A DNA stretch of 64,000 bases from a virus. The notes below the pieces were generated by a model, which was not told the DNA's origin, made no database searches, and was given only the letters and a program-made list of their open reading frames with translations. Location: IMG/VR virus record IMGVR_UViG_3300037466_003456, positions 32,001 to 96,000 of that record; one strand, 5' to 3'. This document shows, in pieces, positions 1-7,264 of the stretch. How positions within the stretch are numbered: the stretch's first letter is position 1; every line of letters begins with the position of its first letter. A program made the translations under genes and the position numbers.

Positions 1-1
1 G

Positions 2-2614
2 AGAGAATTACCTGGTGGTTCTTATAGCAATGGAGTAACAGCTTTAGCGGGATTATCAGATGTTGATGTCAGCACCCAAGTACCAACCGAAGGAGATCTG
101 TTAAAGTACATTAATGGTAAGTGGAAACCGGGCGCAGCTGCTGCCAGTGGTAGCGGAGGAACGATTATATCTTCTTCAGGTTCAACATATATTGTCGAGT
201 TATCAAAATGGGGAATTGTAGCGGGAATCCCTTCTAAGCCTTATAACAATGCAGCTTATACACAAGCCAACAACAACGTAGTAGGATTCAACAACGCGAT
301 TCAATACGCGGTAAATAATGGCTATACGGATATTGTTCTCCCAAGAGGTCAATATGCCATTTGTTATCCGTCCGTGATTAGCATGGCGAGTTACCTGACG
401 TTCGATTTCAACGGTTCTACGTTGAAAGTAATCTACGATTCCGATAACCGTTCTCCTTATGATACAGCAGGAGCATCGGCTGGTCTATCTCCATGGAAAT
501 TCTATGGAACCAGTATTGCCATGGATAACCTTGTTCATGCACATATTAAAAACCTTACACTCATTGGCTGCCGAGCAGACAGAAGTTTCGCTGACAAGGG
601 AACAGATGGGATTTCCGGTGAACTGTCAATGGAACAAACTTATGGTATCTCATTCGGGAATGGTACACGTCACTGTTCGGTAAAACATTGTGATATCAGT
701 TATTACATGGGTGATAATATCACATTTAGTTCCTTGCCAAACGGAACTCGTTGGGCTGAATTTAGCATGGGACTTACTGTAAATGACATCGATTTTACTA
801 CCGGTCAGCTTATTGCTGCTACTGACAAACTGACCACTATGTTATTCACCCTTCCAGCTGGAACGAAAACATGGGCCATACAAGGGGCGGGATATTCACG
901 GGCAACAAGTGCATATAACAGACACGAGTTTGATGTGTTTTACTACGATGCAAGTGGAAACTATTTAGGAGTTCTTCCTAAAAGACATTTCTATTCTCCT
1001 ATCGACGTTCCATACAATGCGGCCAAATTTAGAGTTGTGTTCTTTAATGAAACCAACACGACTAAAAATATGGGTATGATCTTCGTATTTGGGGATTTCA
1101 ACTACAACAACCTTGTTGAATACAACGTTTTGCATGATTCCCATCGTGGCGGTTTAACGCTTGGCGGAAACCACAATATTGTTCAACGAAATGTCATTAA
1201 AAACAATGGTAAGTATATTGGTAGAATGTTAGACGGAAAACCAGCGTTCAATGATCCTACTCGATATGGTATCAACCAAGAGGATAGTTATGGTGAAGGT
1301 TCGATTATTAGGGAGAATGTCATCTACGGAAGTTTCCATGGTGTCTTGATGGGTGCTTATTCCTCAATCATTGAAAATAACCATATTTATGACTGTGACT
1401 ACTTAGCTATCAATGTTTATACCTTGGATTATCTGCTTATCCGTGGCAACAAGATTCAAAACTGCTTATATAATCTAGGAATTGGCGGGAATGGATTTTC
1501 TGATGGATTTGTGGAAGTTGTTCAAAATAGCTTTTATGGGGGGATGCTTGATATCGGTTGGACAAGTAGCCCAGTTCACTACTTCCATTTTGAGTCCAAT
1601 AATTTTTACAATCCACATGGCTTACAGGATGTTGGCTCTAATGCCACCTTTAAAGATAATCGTATCCGTTTGTACCTAGATGCACCGGGCCAACATGTCC
1701 CGTCTACTGCGGAATACTACGACTACTCCACTTATGAGCCAGTAGTATTTAAGATTCCGAAGATGGATAATTGCGTCATCGAAGGACGGGTAAACAGCGT
1801 ATTTACAGCTAAATCGGATGCGACATTCATTACTGACAGGTTCCTTAACTGTAAGTTATCGAACTTGAACGCAACTTTCACGACCCTTACAGACACAATA
1901 AAGGATAGTGAAGTAGCTTTTCAAGATTGCGAGTTTAACAGTGTTTTCTTTATCAATCATGTAACAAGCAAATCAAGACATGCCAAAGCAACTCGATCTA
2001 CTTTCAATGACACGATAATCAAAATATCTAATGCCGGAGTATCAACGTCTGTAGTAAAGGTAAGTATGGATAAGTGTAAAGTGAATTCCACGCTTTTAGA
2101 CTCTTTCTTCTTAACGAGCTTAGACCAGACAACAGGAGCAATAGATGTAACAGATACAGAATTCACTTACTCCAATGGTGGTATGTTGAATATCGTGAGA
2201 AACTTACAGACGGCAACGAACACTCAGAATACAGCATCGTTTAAGAATTCTACGTTCACTTATACTGGGGCTATTCCAATCGCATTGGGCTATTACAATG
2301 ACAAAAACCCAATGAAGTCGTTTGTTTCTCATAACAACAAATTCGTAAACGTCACTCTTCCGACCCAAGATGCGGGTATCTATATTGGTTATGACCCAAG
2401 TAAACAATATAAGAAGACGGTCACTCTTGCTCAAAATGGTTCGGTGTATGAAGCGACCATCACGCACAATCTGAATACCACTGAACCATATGTATTTTGT
2501 GCGATTTCCAATCAGATTATTTATCCGACTGTAACGGTGATTGATGCTAATAACATTAAGGTGAGCCATACCGCTAGTGGTACCGCGAGTATAGCGGTTT
2601 CTAAGTTTCTATAA
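2..2614 (+). CDS. Tailspike / tail-fibre depolymerase with right-handed beta-helix domain (5'-partial; frame open from window edge)
   Basis: The frame of ORF 374..2614 stays open back to position 2. It begins with the tail-fibre-like repeat LAGLSDVDVSTQVPTEGDLLKYINGKWKP, then a pectate-lyase-3-like start (FNNAIQYAVNNGYTDIVLPRGQY), Asn/Ile-rich beta-helix repeats (NNIVQRNVIKNN, SIIENNHIYDC), and a C-terminal TITHNL domain. Confidence 0.8.
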   Translation, partial: RELPGGSYSNGVTALAGLSDVDVSTQVPTEGDLLKYINGKWKPGAAAASGSGGTIISSSGSTYIVELSKWGIVAGIPSKPYNNAAYTQANNNVVGFNNAIQYAVNNGYTDIVLPRGQYAICYPSVISMASYLTFDFNGSTLKVIYDSDNRSPYDTAGASAGLSPWKFYGTSIAMDNLVHAHIKNLTLIGCRADRSFADKGTDGISGELSMEQTYGISFGNGTRHCSVKHCDISYYMGDNITFSSLPNGTRWAEFSMGLTVNDIDFTTGQLIAATDKLTTMLFTLPAGTKTWAIQGAGYSRATSAYNRHEFDVFYYDASGNYLGVLPKRHFYSPIDVPYNAAKFRVVFFNETNTTKNMGMIFVFGDFNYNNLVEYNVLHDSHRGGLTLGGNHNIVQRNVIKNNGKYIGRMLDGKPAFNDPTRYGINQEDSYGEGSIIRENVIYGSFHGVLMGAYSSIIENNHIYDCDYLAINVYTLDYLLIRGNKIQNCLYNLGIGGNGFSDGFVEVVQNSFYGGMLDIGWTSSPVHYFHFESNNFYNPHGLQDVGSNATFKDNRIRLYLDAPGQHVPSTAEYYDYSTYEPVVFKIPKMDNCVIEGRVNSVFTAKSDATFITDRFLNCKLSNLNATFTTLTDTIKDSEVAFQDCEFNSVFFINHVTSKSRHAKATRSTFNDTIIKISNAGVSTSVVKVSMDKCKVNSTLLDSFFLTSLDQTTGAIDVTDTEFTYSNGGMLNIVRNLQTATNTQNTASFKNSTFTYTGAIPIALGYYNDKNPMKSFVSHNNKFVNVTLPTQDAGIYIGYDPSKQYKKTVTLAQNGSVYEATITHNLNTTEPYVFCAISNQIIYPTVTVIDANNIKVSHTASGTASIAVSKFL

Positions 2615-2615
2615 T

Positions 2616-2650
2616 AAAAAAAACAGAACTCCAAAAGGGTTCTGTTTTTT
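2616..2650. terminator. Bidirectional intrinsic terminator
   Basis: AAACAGAAC...GTTCTGTTT hairpin flanked by A and T tracts, between convergent genes. Confidence 0.8.
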
Positions 2651-2663
2651 ATTGTGCGCTGAT

Positions 2664-3047
2664 TCACTTTTTTTGACGGTTGCTCTCACGTACTGCACAA
2701 TCCAATCGTTCCATTTCTCCGAGTACCCAATCGAAGGTACGCACTTGATTATTATCGTGATCGTCTATGGCTTTTTGTCGCGCCTGTAATGAGGTTTCAT
2801 ATAAGTTTTTAATGGCCTTGATTAACACCGTCACATCATTTCCGTTGTGCTCATATAATTTAATGGCATTGTAGACTATTACATCATTTTTTTCTATGGC
2901 TTCTCTTTTCATTTGTCTTAACTTTTCTTCATTTGTCACTAAATTCACCTCTTTAGTTTTCTTTGGTGCAAAAGGGTCTATGGAATAATCTGACTTACGT
3001 TTGTAAATAATTTTACCTTTCACCTTTTCGCTCTCCTTTTTAGACAC
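2664..3047 (-). CDS. Hypothetical protein (127 aa)
   Basis: ORF track; on the same strand as the neighbouring genes. Confidence 0.6.
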   Translation of the reverse strand: MSKKESEKVKGKIIYKRKSDYSIDPFAPKKTKEVNLVTNEEKLRQMKREAIEKNDVIVYNAIKLYEHNGNDVTVLIKAIKNLYETSLQARQKAIDDHDNNQVRTFDWVLGEMERLDCAVRESNRQKK

Positions 3048-3081
3048 TATATATTCGTATAGCGACTTAATACTTTATACT

Positions 3082-3306
3082 TTATTGTTTTTCCATTTTG
3101 TTTTGAAGAATTTCTTTTGTTTCTTGTAGATCCAATAAATCTTTAAAAACATGATGATTAATAAAGACAGGTTCCCATCTTGAACAATAATTCCTTTGTG
3201 AATGATCTTCCCAAATATAACTAGCTTCTTCTAAAGTAATGTTATATCCTCTTTTCGCAAATTCTTCCTGAATTATTTTGCAATCCTTTAAGATTTCAGT
3301 ATCCAT
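3082..3306 (-). CDS. Hypothetical protein (74 aa)
   Basis: ORF with AGGAG SD. Confidence 0.6.
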   Translation of the reverse strand: MDTEILKDCKIIQEEFAKRGYNITLEEASYIWEDHSQRNYCSRWEPVFINHHVFKDLLDLQETKEILQNKMEKQ

Positions 3307-3344
3307 CTTACTTCCTCCTTTGCTTCGCTATATAGGTCTATTTT

Positions 3345-3851
3345 CTATTTGTTCATCACTGCAAAAAAGTCACCCAGAGGATCGTCTTCAATTTCCTCCA
3401 CGACTTCTTCTTCGCGCTGAGCAGAAAAATCAAATTGAAAATTATCAAGATCATCAAAGCTATCCAGGTCATCCACGTTCTGTAAGCCATTTCCCGTCTC
3501 TTCTTTTTGAGGGGGAATGGGTTCAGGTGTAGGTTTGGTCGGAATCATTTCGGGTACCTTGATTTCCACCGAAGAAGTAGGCTCGCTGAGGAGCTGGTAA
3601 AAGACGTTTCGTATAAGGGTTTCGGTCTGTTCGTGCTTCAGCCATTCTCTTTGTTCCTTGGTCAACGGCTGATGGAGAGGAATGGAGATGCTTTCCTGTT
3701 GAGTGCTAGCGGCAATCCCGTTAAAAAAAATTCCAGTTATTTTCTTTGAAAACTTTCGGCCCTCTGTATCCTTTAGATTCTGTAAGTATTTCAATATGTG
3801 ATCAGGCGTATCAGAAGGCAAACGGAAAGAAAGAACATGACCTCTTTCCAT
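3345..3851 (-). CDS. Putative DNA-binding partition adaptor (ParR/StbB-like, N-terminal ribbon-helix-helix)
   Basis: The N-terminus LSFRLPSDTPDHILKYLQNLK resembles Bacillus proteins I recall next to ParM/StbA actins; acidic C-terminal tail. Confidence 0.5.
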   Translation of the reverse strand: MERGHVLSFRLPSDTPDHILKYLQNLKDTEGRKFSKKITGIFFNGIAASTQQESISIPLHQPLTKEQREWLKHEQTETLIRNVFYQLLSEPTSSVEIKVPEMIPTKPTPEPIPPQKEETGNGLQNVDDLDSFDDLDNFQFDFSAQREEEVVEEIEDDPLGDFFAVMNK

Positions 3852-3873
3852 CTCACCACCACCTTATTTTTGG

Positions 3874-4038
3874 TTAATACCATTCCTTTATAAAAAGAAG
3901 CGTTCCTTCGAAAAATGCCACAACCAAAATGGCAGAATAAAATATTTTTTTCGCGATTGACCGACGTCCCATCAGATAAAGAACAATTGAGACAATAAAT
4001 GCGCTAACCATAAGCCAAAAAATAAGATCTAAAAGCAT
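3874..4038 (-). CDS. Small two-TM membrane protein (54 aa, not in ORF track)
   Basis: Hand translation MLLDLIFWLMVSAFIVSIVLYLMGRRSIAKKIFYSAILVVAFFEGTLLFIKEWY; AGGAGAG SD. Confidence 0.6.
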   Translation of the reverse strand: MLLDLIFWLMVSAFIVSIVLYLMGRRSIAKKIFYSAILVVAFFEGTLLFIKEWY

Positions 4039-4068
4039 TTCATTTCTCTCCTTTTTTAACCACCTATT

Positions 4069-4167
4069 TTAGCCGTATTTCTTCGCAAGTTCACCAATAA
4101 CAGCAAATCCTATAAGGGCAAGAGTAAGGGGAATAAGGTCAATCACCGCATCAATAAAGGCACTCAA
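4069..4167 (-). CDS. Small membrane peptide (32 aa)
   Basis: TTG start after AGGAGG: MSAFIDAVIDLIPLTLALIGFAVIGELAKKYG. Confidence 0.5.
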   Translation of the reverse strand: MSAFIDAVIDLIPLTLALIGFAVIGELAKKYG

Positions 4168-4271
4168 AGAACACCCTCCTTAATGTATGCATATTTGTAT
4201 ACTTACCTAATTATGCAATTAGCATATTATAAAAATATCTAAAGGTCATGTGCCAAAAGTCCTAACATCTA

Positions 4272-4412
4272 CTAATCTTTATAAATCCTGAAATGTTCAT
4301 TGATAAATTTCACTGCCTCTTCCGCTTTTTTCTGTTCTGCTTCGGTTAAATAACCGACAAACTTTATACCACGTATTTCTACCGTTACTTTTTCTTTTAC
4401 TTGATTTTCCAT
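4272..4412 (-). CDS. Small hypothetical protein (46 aa)
   Basis: MENQVKEKVTVEIRGIKFVGYLTEAEQKKAEEAVKFINEHFRIYKD; AAGGAG SD. Confidence 0.55.
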   Translation of the reverse strand: MENQVKEKVTVEIRGIKFVGYLTEAEQKKAEEAVKFINEHFRIYKD

Positions 4413-4426
4413 TGTAAATAACTCCT

Positions 4427-4969
4427 TTATAAATAAAAATCGTATTGCGCCTGGTCGATCTGTTCCTGTGTGATCCCGATGTATCTTAGGGTGACGGAAG
4501 GGGAGCTGTGGTTAAAAATCTCCTGCAGCATCGCCACATCTTTGTTTCGTTTGTAAAAATGGTATCCATAGGTTTTGCGGCATGTGTGCGTCCCGATGTT
4601 ATCGAGCCCCGCTTTCCTGGCTGCCTTATTTAATATTTTATAAGCCTGAACCCGCTGAATGGGTTTGTCGGTTAGGCGGGAAGGAAAGAGATAATCTTCT
4701 TCGCCCATATCAAAGGTATAGTCGTCGATGTCGACCCGCAGACTAGGACTAATGATGTGGGACTTCATCTTTTTTGTTTTCTGCTCGTTGATGTAGATGT
4801 GACTTTTGCCCCGTACGTGTTTGACTTTTAATTGGAGCAGGTCACTGATCCTGAGTCCGGTGTTTATTCCCATGACGAATAAAAACCAATTTCTGTAACT
4901 TTCTTTTTTTAGGATGCGTTTGACTTCTTCGATTTTTTCTGGGTCTCGGATTGGTTGAACGAACTTCAT
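4427..4969 (-). CDS. Tyrosine recombinase (catalytic-domain-only, 180 aa)
   Basis: GINTGLRISDLL (R), HTCRKT (HxxR), FNHSS (H), TLRYIG (Y). Start reassigned to MKFVQPIRD after a GGGAG SD. Confidence 0.92.
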   Translation of the reverse strand: MKFVQPIRDPEKIEEVKRILKKESYRNWFLFVMGINTGLRISDLLQLKVKHVRGKSHIYINEQKTKKMKSHIISPSLRVDIDDYTFDMGEEDYLFPSRLTDKPIQRVQAYKILNKAARKAGLDNIGTHTCRKTYGYHFYKRNKDVAMLQEIFNHSSPSVTLRYIGITQEQIDQAQYDFYL

Positions 4970-5053
4970 TTTAGCGCTCCCTGTGTTTCCTTTTTGTATA
5001 CAAGTATAACCGATATGTTTCCCTATTAAAAATGAAAAAAACGGGAGACTCCG

Positions 5054-5077
5054 AAAACGTTGATTTATCAACGTTTT
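5054..5077. repeat. Perfect 10-bp inverted repeat upstream of the recombinase
   Basis: AAAACGTTGA-TTTA-TCAACGTTTT. Confidence 0.7.
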
Positions 5078-5100
5078 TGGATAGTCGACCTATTGAAAGA

Positions 5101-5128
5101 GAGAAACATAATGTCTCTTTTGTTTCCC
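5101..5128. other. Candidate tyrosine-recombinase core (res/dif-like) site, 11-6-11
   Basis: GAGAAACATAA-TGTCTC-TTTTGTTTCCC; the arms match 9/11 as inverted repeats around a 6-bp spacer. Confidence 0.5.
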
Positions 5129-5185
5129 TTCGGGTCCGTGAGCGCTCTGAACGTTCTTTTGACGATGCTCTACCCATCTCGATGC

Positions 5186-5213
5186 AAAATAAAAACAGTG
5201 CCCCGAAGGGCAC
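5186..5213 (-). terminator. Intrinsic terminator, cUUCGg-loop family
   Basis: Minus strand GTGCCCTTCGGGGCAC followed by a T-rich tract. Confidence 0.75.
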
Positions 5214-5217
5214 CGCT

Positions 5218-5421
5218 TTATACTAGTGTCGTTAGCATGCTTCCATTAATCATTTTAATCTTTAATATTCCATCATTGATCATTTTGCTTAATTGTGTTC
5301 CGATTTCTCGGTTTAATACATTGTTTTTCTTTGCTAATGTTTCGATTACATAAGAACCTCTTACTGCTCCATGTTGTTTCACCATATTCATAATTTGTGT
5401 TTTTATTTCTTGTACTTCCAT
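5218..5421 (-). CDS. Small hypothetical protein, possible winged helix (67 aa)
   Basis: ORF with AAGGAG SD, downstream of a TGTTATAAG promoter motif. Confidence 0.65.
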   Translation of the reverse strand: MEVQEIKTQIMNMVKQHGAVRGSYVIETLAKKNNVLNREIGTQLSKMINDGILKIKMINGSMLTTLV

Positions 5422-5446
5422 TTCTCATCTCTCCTTTTGTTTTCTT

Positions 5447-5462
5447 CACTTTTCTTATAACA
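5447..5462 (-). promoter_or_regulatory. Phage early-type promoter motif TGTTATAAG-N4-GTG
   Basis: TGTTATAAGAAAAGTG; one of 10 copies, all upstream of SD/start on the minus strand. Confidence 0.7.
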
Positions 5463-5471
5463 GGAAAAAGA

Positions 5472-5499
5472 CAAAAAAATAAAGACCCCGAAGGGCCTT
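5472..5499 (-). terminator. Intrinsic terminator, cUUCGg-loop family
   Basis: GGCCCTTCGGGGTC followed by TTTATTTTTTT. Confidence 0.8.
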
Positions 5500-5506
5500 G
5501 CTATAG

Positions 5507-5791
5507 TTAATCAATTTCACTTTGATTTCGTTTGATTGCTGCTTTATTGGCTAAATAGGCACCAGCCAAACCACCTGCAGCTATTCCTCCTTTTAAAAAC
5601 TTAGGAAGATTGTTTTCCATTTCAGCTGTATTTTTCCCTTGCCAATCCATCATATTTAAGGTACCAATTAATCCAGCGAATCCTGCTCCTGCGCCGGCTA
5701 CCCCTCCGCCTAATGCACCTGCCAATGTGGGACCTGGATACACTTGTGATGGTTTCTTTTGTTCTTCCGCGATTTTTGCTAATCCAAACAT
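5507..5791 (-). CDS. Small Gly-rich hydrophobic protein with N-terminal K-x-A motif
   Basis: Start reassigned to MFGLAKIAEE after AGGAGG; two Gly-zipper-like segments. Confidence 0.7.
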   Translation of the reverse strand: MFGLAKIAEEQKKPSQVYPGPTLAGALGGGVAGAGAGFAGLIGTLNMMDWQGKNTAEMENNLPKFLKGGIAAGGLAGAYLANKAAIKRNQSEID

Positions 5792-5860
5792 TTGAACGAC
5801 CTCCTTTTTCATAACTGTATAATTATCATATTAGCATATTAACGACTTTCATATTTAAAT

Positions 5861-5887
5861 AAAAAAAGAAGACCCCGAAGGGTCTTG
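5861..5887 (-). terminator. Intrinsic terminator, cUUCGg-loop family
   Basis: AAGACCCTTCGGGGTCTT followed by a T tract. Confidence 0.8.
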
Positions 5888-5888
5888 C

Positions 5889-6218
5889 TCACTTTGCTTT
5901 ATTCATTCTTACTTTTATTATCAACGGTAGCCATGCTACAACTAATAATGCAAATACCTTTTTTGTTACTCTTTCGTCTAATAAATCGAGTAATTGTTTA
6001 TTTTCTACTACTACTTCATGCTTCTTATCGAATACCATGATCTCATCACGAATCATTGCTTTTTCTTCATACGTTTCTGCCTGATTCTTTTTGTCCAGTA
6101 ATTGTTCCAAACCTTCATCATACTGCTGCTTTCCTTCAACCATAAACTTTGTTGATAACTGCGCGATTACTGTTCCAATCAATAAATATACTGCTAATCC
6201 TATCATCATTCCTGTCAT
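5889..6218 (-). CDS. Membrane protein with N- and C-terminal hydrophobic segments
   Basis: Start reassigned to MTGMMIG after AAGGAG. Confidence 0.65.
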   Translation of the reverse strand: MTGMMIGLAVYLLIGTVIAQLSTKFMVEGKQQYDEGLEQLLDKKNQAETYEEKAMIRDEIMVFDKKHEVVVENKQLLDLLDERVTKKVFALLVVAWLPLIIKVRMNKAK

Positions 6219-6249
6219 TCTTTCCATCTCCTTAATTATTATTATCTTC

Positions 6250-6265
6250 CACCTTTCTTGTAACA
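6250..6265 (-). promoter_or_regulatory. Early-type promoter motif (variant)
   Basis: TGTTACAAGAAAGGTG. Confidence 0.6.
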
Positions 6266-6275
6266 TCTTTTTGAC

Positions 6276-6303
6276 AAAAAAATACAAGACCCCGAAGGGC
6301 CCT
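6276..6303 (-). terminator. Intrinsic terminator, cUUCGg-loop family
   Basis: GGGCCCTTCGGGGTC followed by a T-rich tract. Confidence 0.75.
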
Positions 6304-6309
6304 GCTGTT

Positions 6310-6546
6310 TTATGCTTCTGCTAATCTGCTTTCCAGTTTATCTTTTAAACTTTTCATTTCCTCCATTACCTGGCTGATTCGTTTGATACATTCTTCTGGG
6401 TTATTTGCACCTTTAAGAAATTCTCTGCATAATTTTAAAAAATGCATTGTTGTCGCCTTTACTATATCGCTTGGCTGCTTATATGCTAATTCTGCGATTT
6501 CCAATTGTATATCCTGACATTCGTCTAATAATTGTTCTACCTTCAT
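6310..6546 (-). CDS. Hypothetical helical protein (78 aa)
   Basis: ORF with AAGGAG SD inside a promoter/terminator cassette. Confidence 0.7.
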   Translation of the reverse strand: MKVEQLLDECQDIQLEIAELAYKQPSDIVKATTMHFLKLCREFLKGANNPEECIKRISQVMEEMKSLKDKLESRLAEA

Positions 6547-6571
6547 TTTTCATCTCTCCTTTAGTTTTATT

Positions 6572-6587
6572 CACTTTTCTTATAACA
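6572..6587 (-). promoter_or_regulatory. Early-type promoter motif
   Basis: TGTTATAAGAAAAGTG. Confidence 0.7.
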
Positions 6588-6599
6588 GGAAAAAGATAG

Positions 6600-6627
6600 A
6601 AAAAAATAAAGGACCCCGAAGGGCCCT
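6600..6627 (-). terminator. Intrinsic terminator, cUUCGg-loop family
   Basis: GGGCCCTTCGGGGTCC followed by TTTATTTTTTT. Confidence 0.8.
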
Positions 6628-6631
6628 CATG

Positions 6632-6781
6632 TTATAACCACAATAGGAATAATCCAAATCCTATTACCAACGATATTGCTAATACTTCATTTGCTATTTC
6701 TTCTTTCTCAGTGAAATAACTGTCTTCATCTGATCTTACTCTAAATCCTTTGTCTGTTGTTTCAATTGTATACTTGCTCAT
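6632..6781 (-). CDS. Small protein with C-terminal TM helix (49 aa, not in ORF track)
   Basis: MSKYTIETTDKGFRVRSDEDSYFTEKEEIANEVLAISLVIGFGLFLLWL; AAGGAG SD. Confidence 0.65.
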   Translation of the reverse strand: MSKYTIETTDKGFRVRSDEDSYFTEKEEIANEVLAISLVIGFGLFLLWL

Positions 6782-6812
6782 ACTTCCATCTCCTTAAATT
6801 GTTATTGTCTTC

Positions 6813-6828
6813 CACTTTTCTTATAACA
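6813..6828 (-). promoter_or_regulatory. Early-type promoter motif
   Basis: TGTTATAAGAAAAGTG. Confidence 0.7.
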
Positions 6829-6845
6829 GCTTTTTGGACAAATAT

Positions 6846-7067
6846 TTATCGGAACCGGCTCGCCTTTTTAATCACTTCAACAATCCCAGCACTTAGCAAC
6901 CCGATGCCACCATCAATGAAAAACAGAATGACTAATCCTAATGCCGCGATAATGATGGATGATACGATAATCGTTTTCTTTTTGTTTGGTGGTGGTGTTA
7001 CCCCAGTTGATTCGTTTACACATACCATGCTGTCACCTTGACGCTTAAATCTAAGTTGTCTCTCCAT
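6846..7067 (-). CDS. Small membrane protein (73 aa)
   Basis: AAGGAGG SD; hydrophobic C-terminal half. Confidence 0.6.
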   Translation of the reverse strand: MERQLRFKRQGDSMVCVNESTGVTPPPNKKKTIIVSSIIIAALGLVILFFIDGGIGLLSAGIVEVIKKASRFR

Positions 7068-7119
7068 GATGAAAACCCTCCTTAAAATTAAAAAAGCAGA
7101 ACCTTTTTCGGTTCTGCCT

Positions 7120-7200
7120 TCATCGCTTTGCTAAGTATTCTAATAATCTTATCTTCTGCGTCGCTGTTAAATTTCGCCATACTCTCACTTTAATCATCAT
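7120..7200 (-). CDS. Basic peptide (26 aa)
   Basis: MMIKVRVWRNLTATQKIRLLEYLAKR, between a promoter motif plus AAGGAG SD and a hairpin at 7096-7117. Confidence 0.45.
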   Translation of the reverse strand: MMIKVRVWRNLTATQKIRLLEYLAKR

Positions 7201-7225
7201 TCATTCTCACTCCTTTTGTTTTCTC

Positions 7226-7241
7226 CACTCTCCTTATAACA
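7226..7241 (-). promoter_or_regulatory. Early-type promoter motif
   Basis: TGTTATAAGGAGAGTG. Confidence 0.7.
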
Positions 7242-7264
7242 GGAAAACAAAGGTAGTTAAAAAA

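Noticed and set aside
4272-4412. ZapA-like cell-division inhibitor
   Set aside because: Only a faint N-terminal resemblance over 46 aa; not enough to assign.
4427-4969. Prophage integrase marking a prophage boundary
   Set aside because: No N-terminal arm-binding domain, phage-like genes on both sides, and no host genes or att duplication visible.
5186-6627. GACCCCGAAGGG repeats as a CRISPR array
   Set aside because: Spacing is 280-420 bp with whole genes between copies, the copies are imperfect, and they form T-tailed terminator hairpins; no cas genes.
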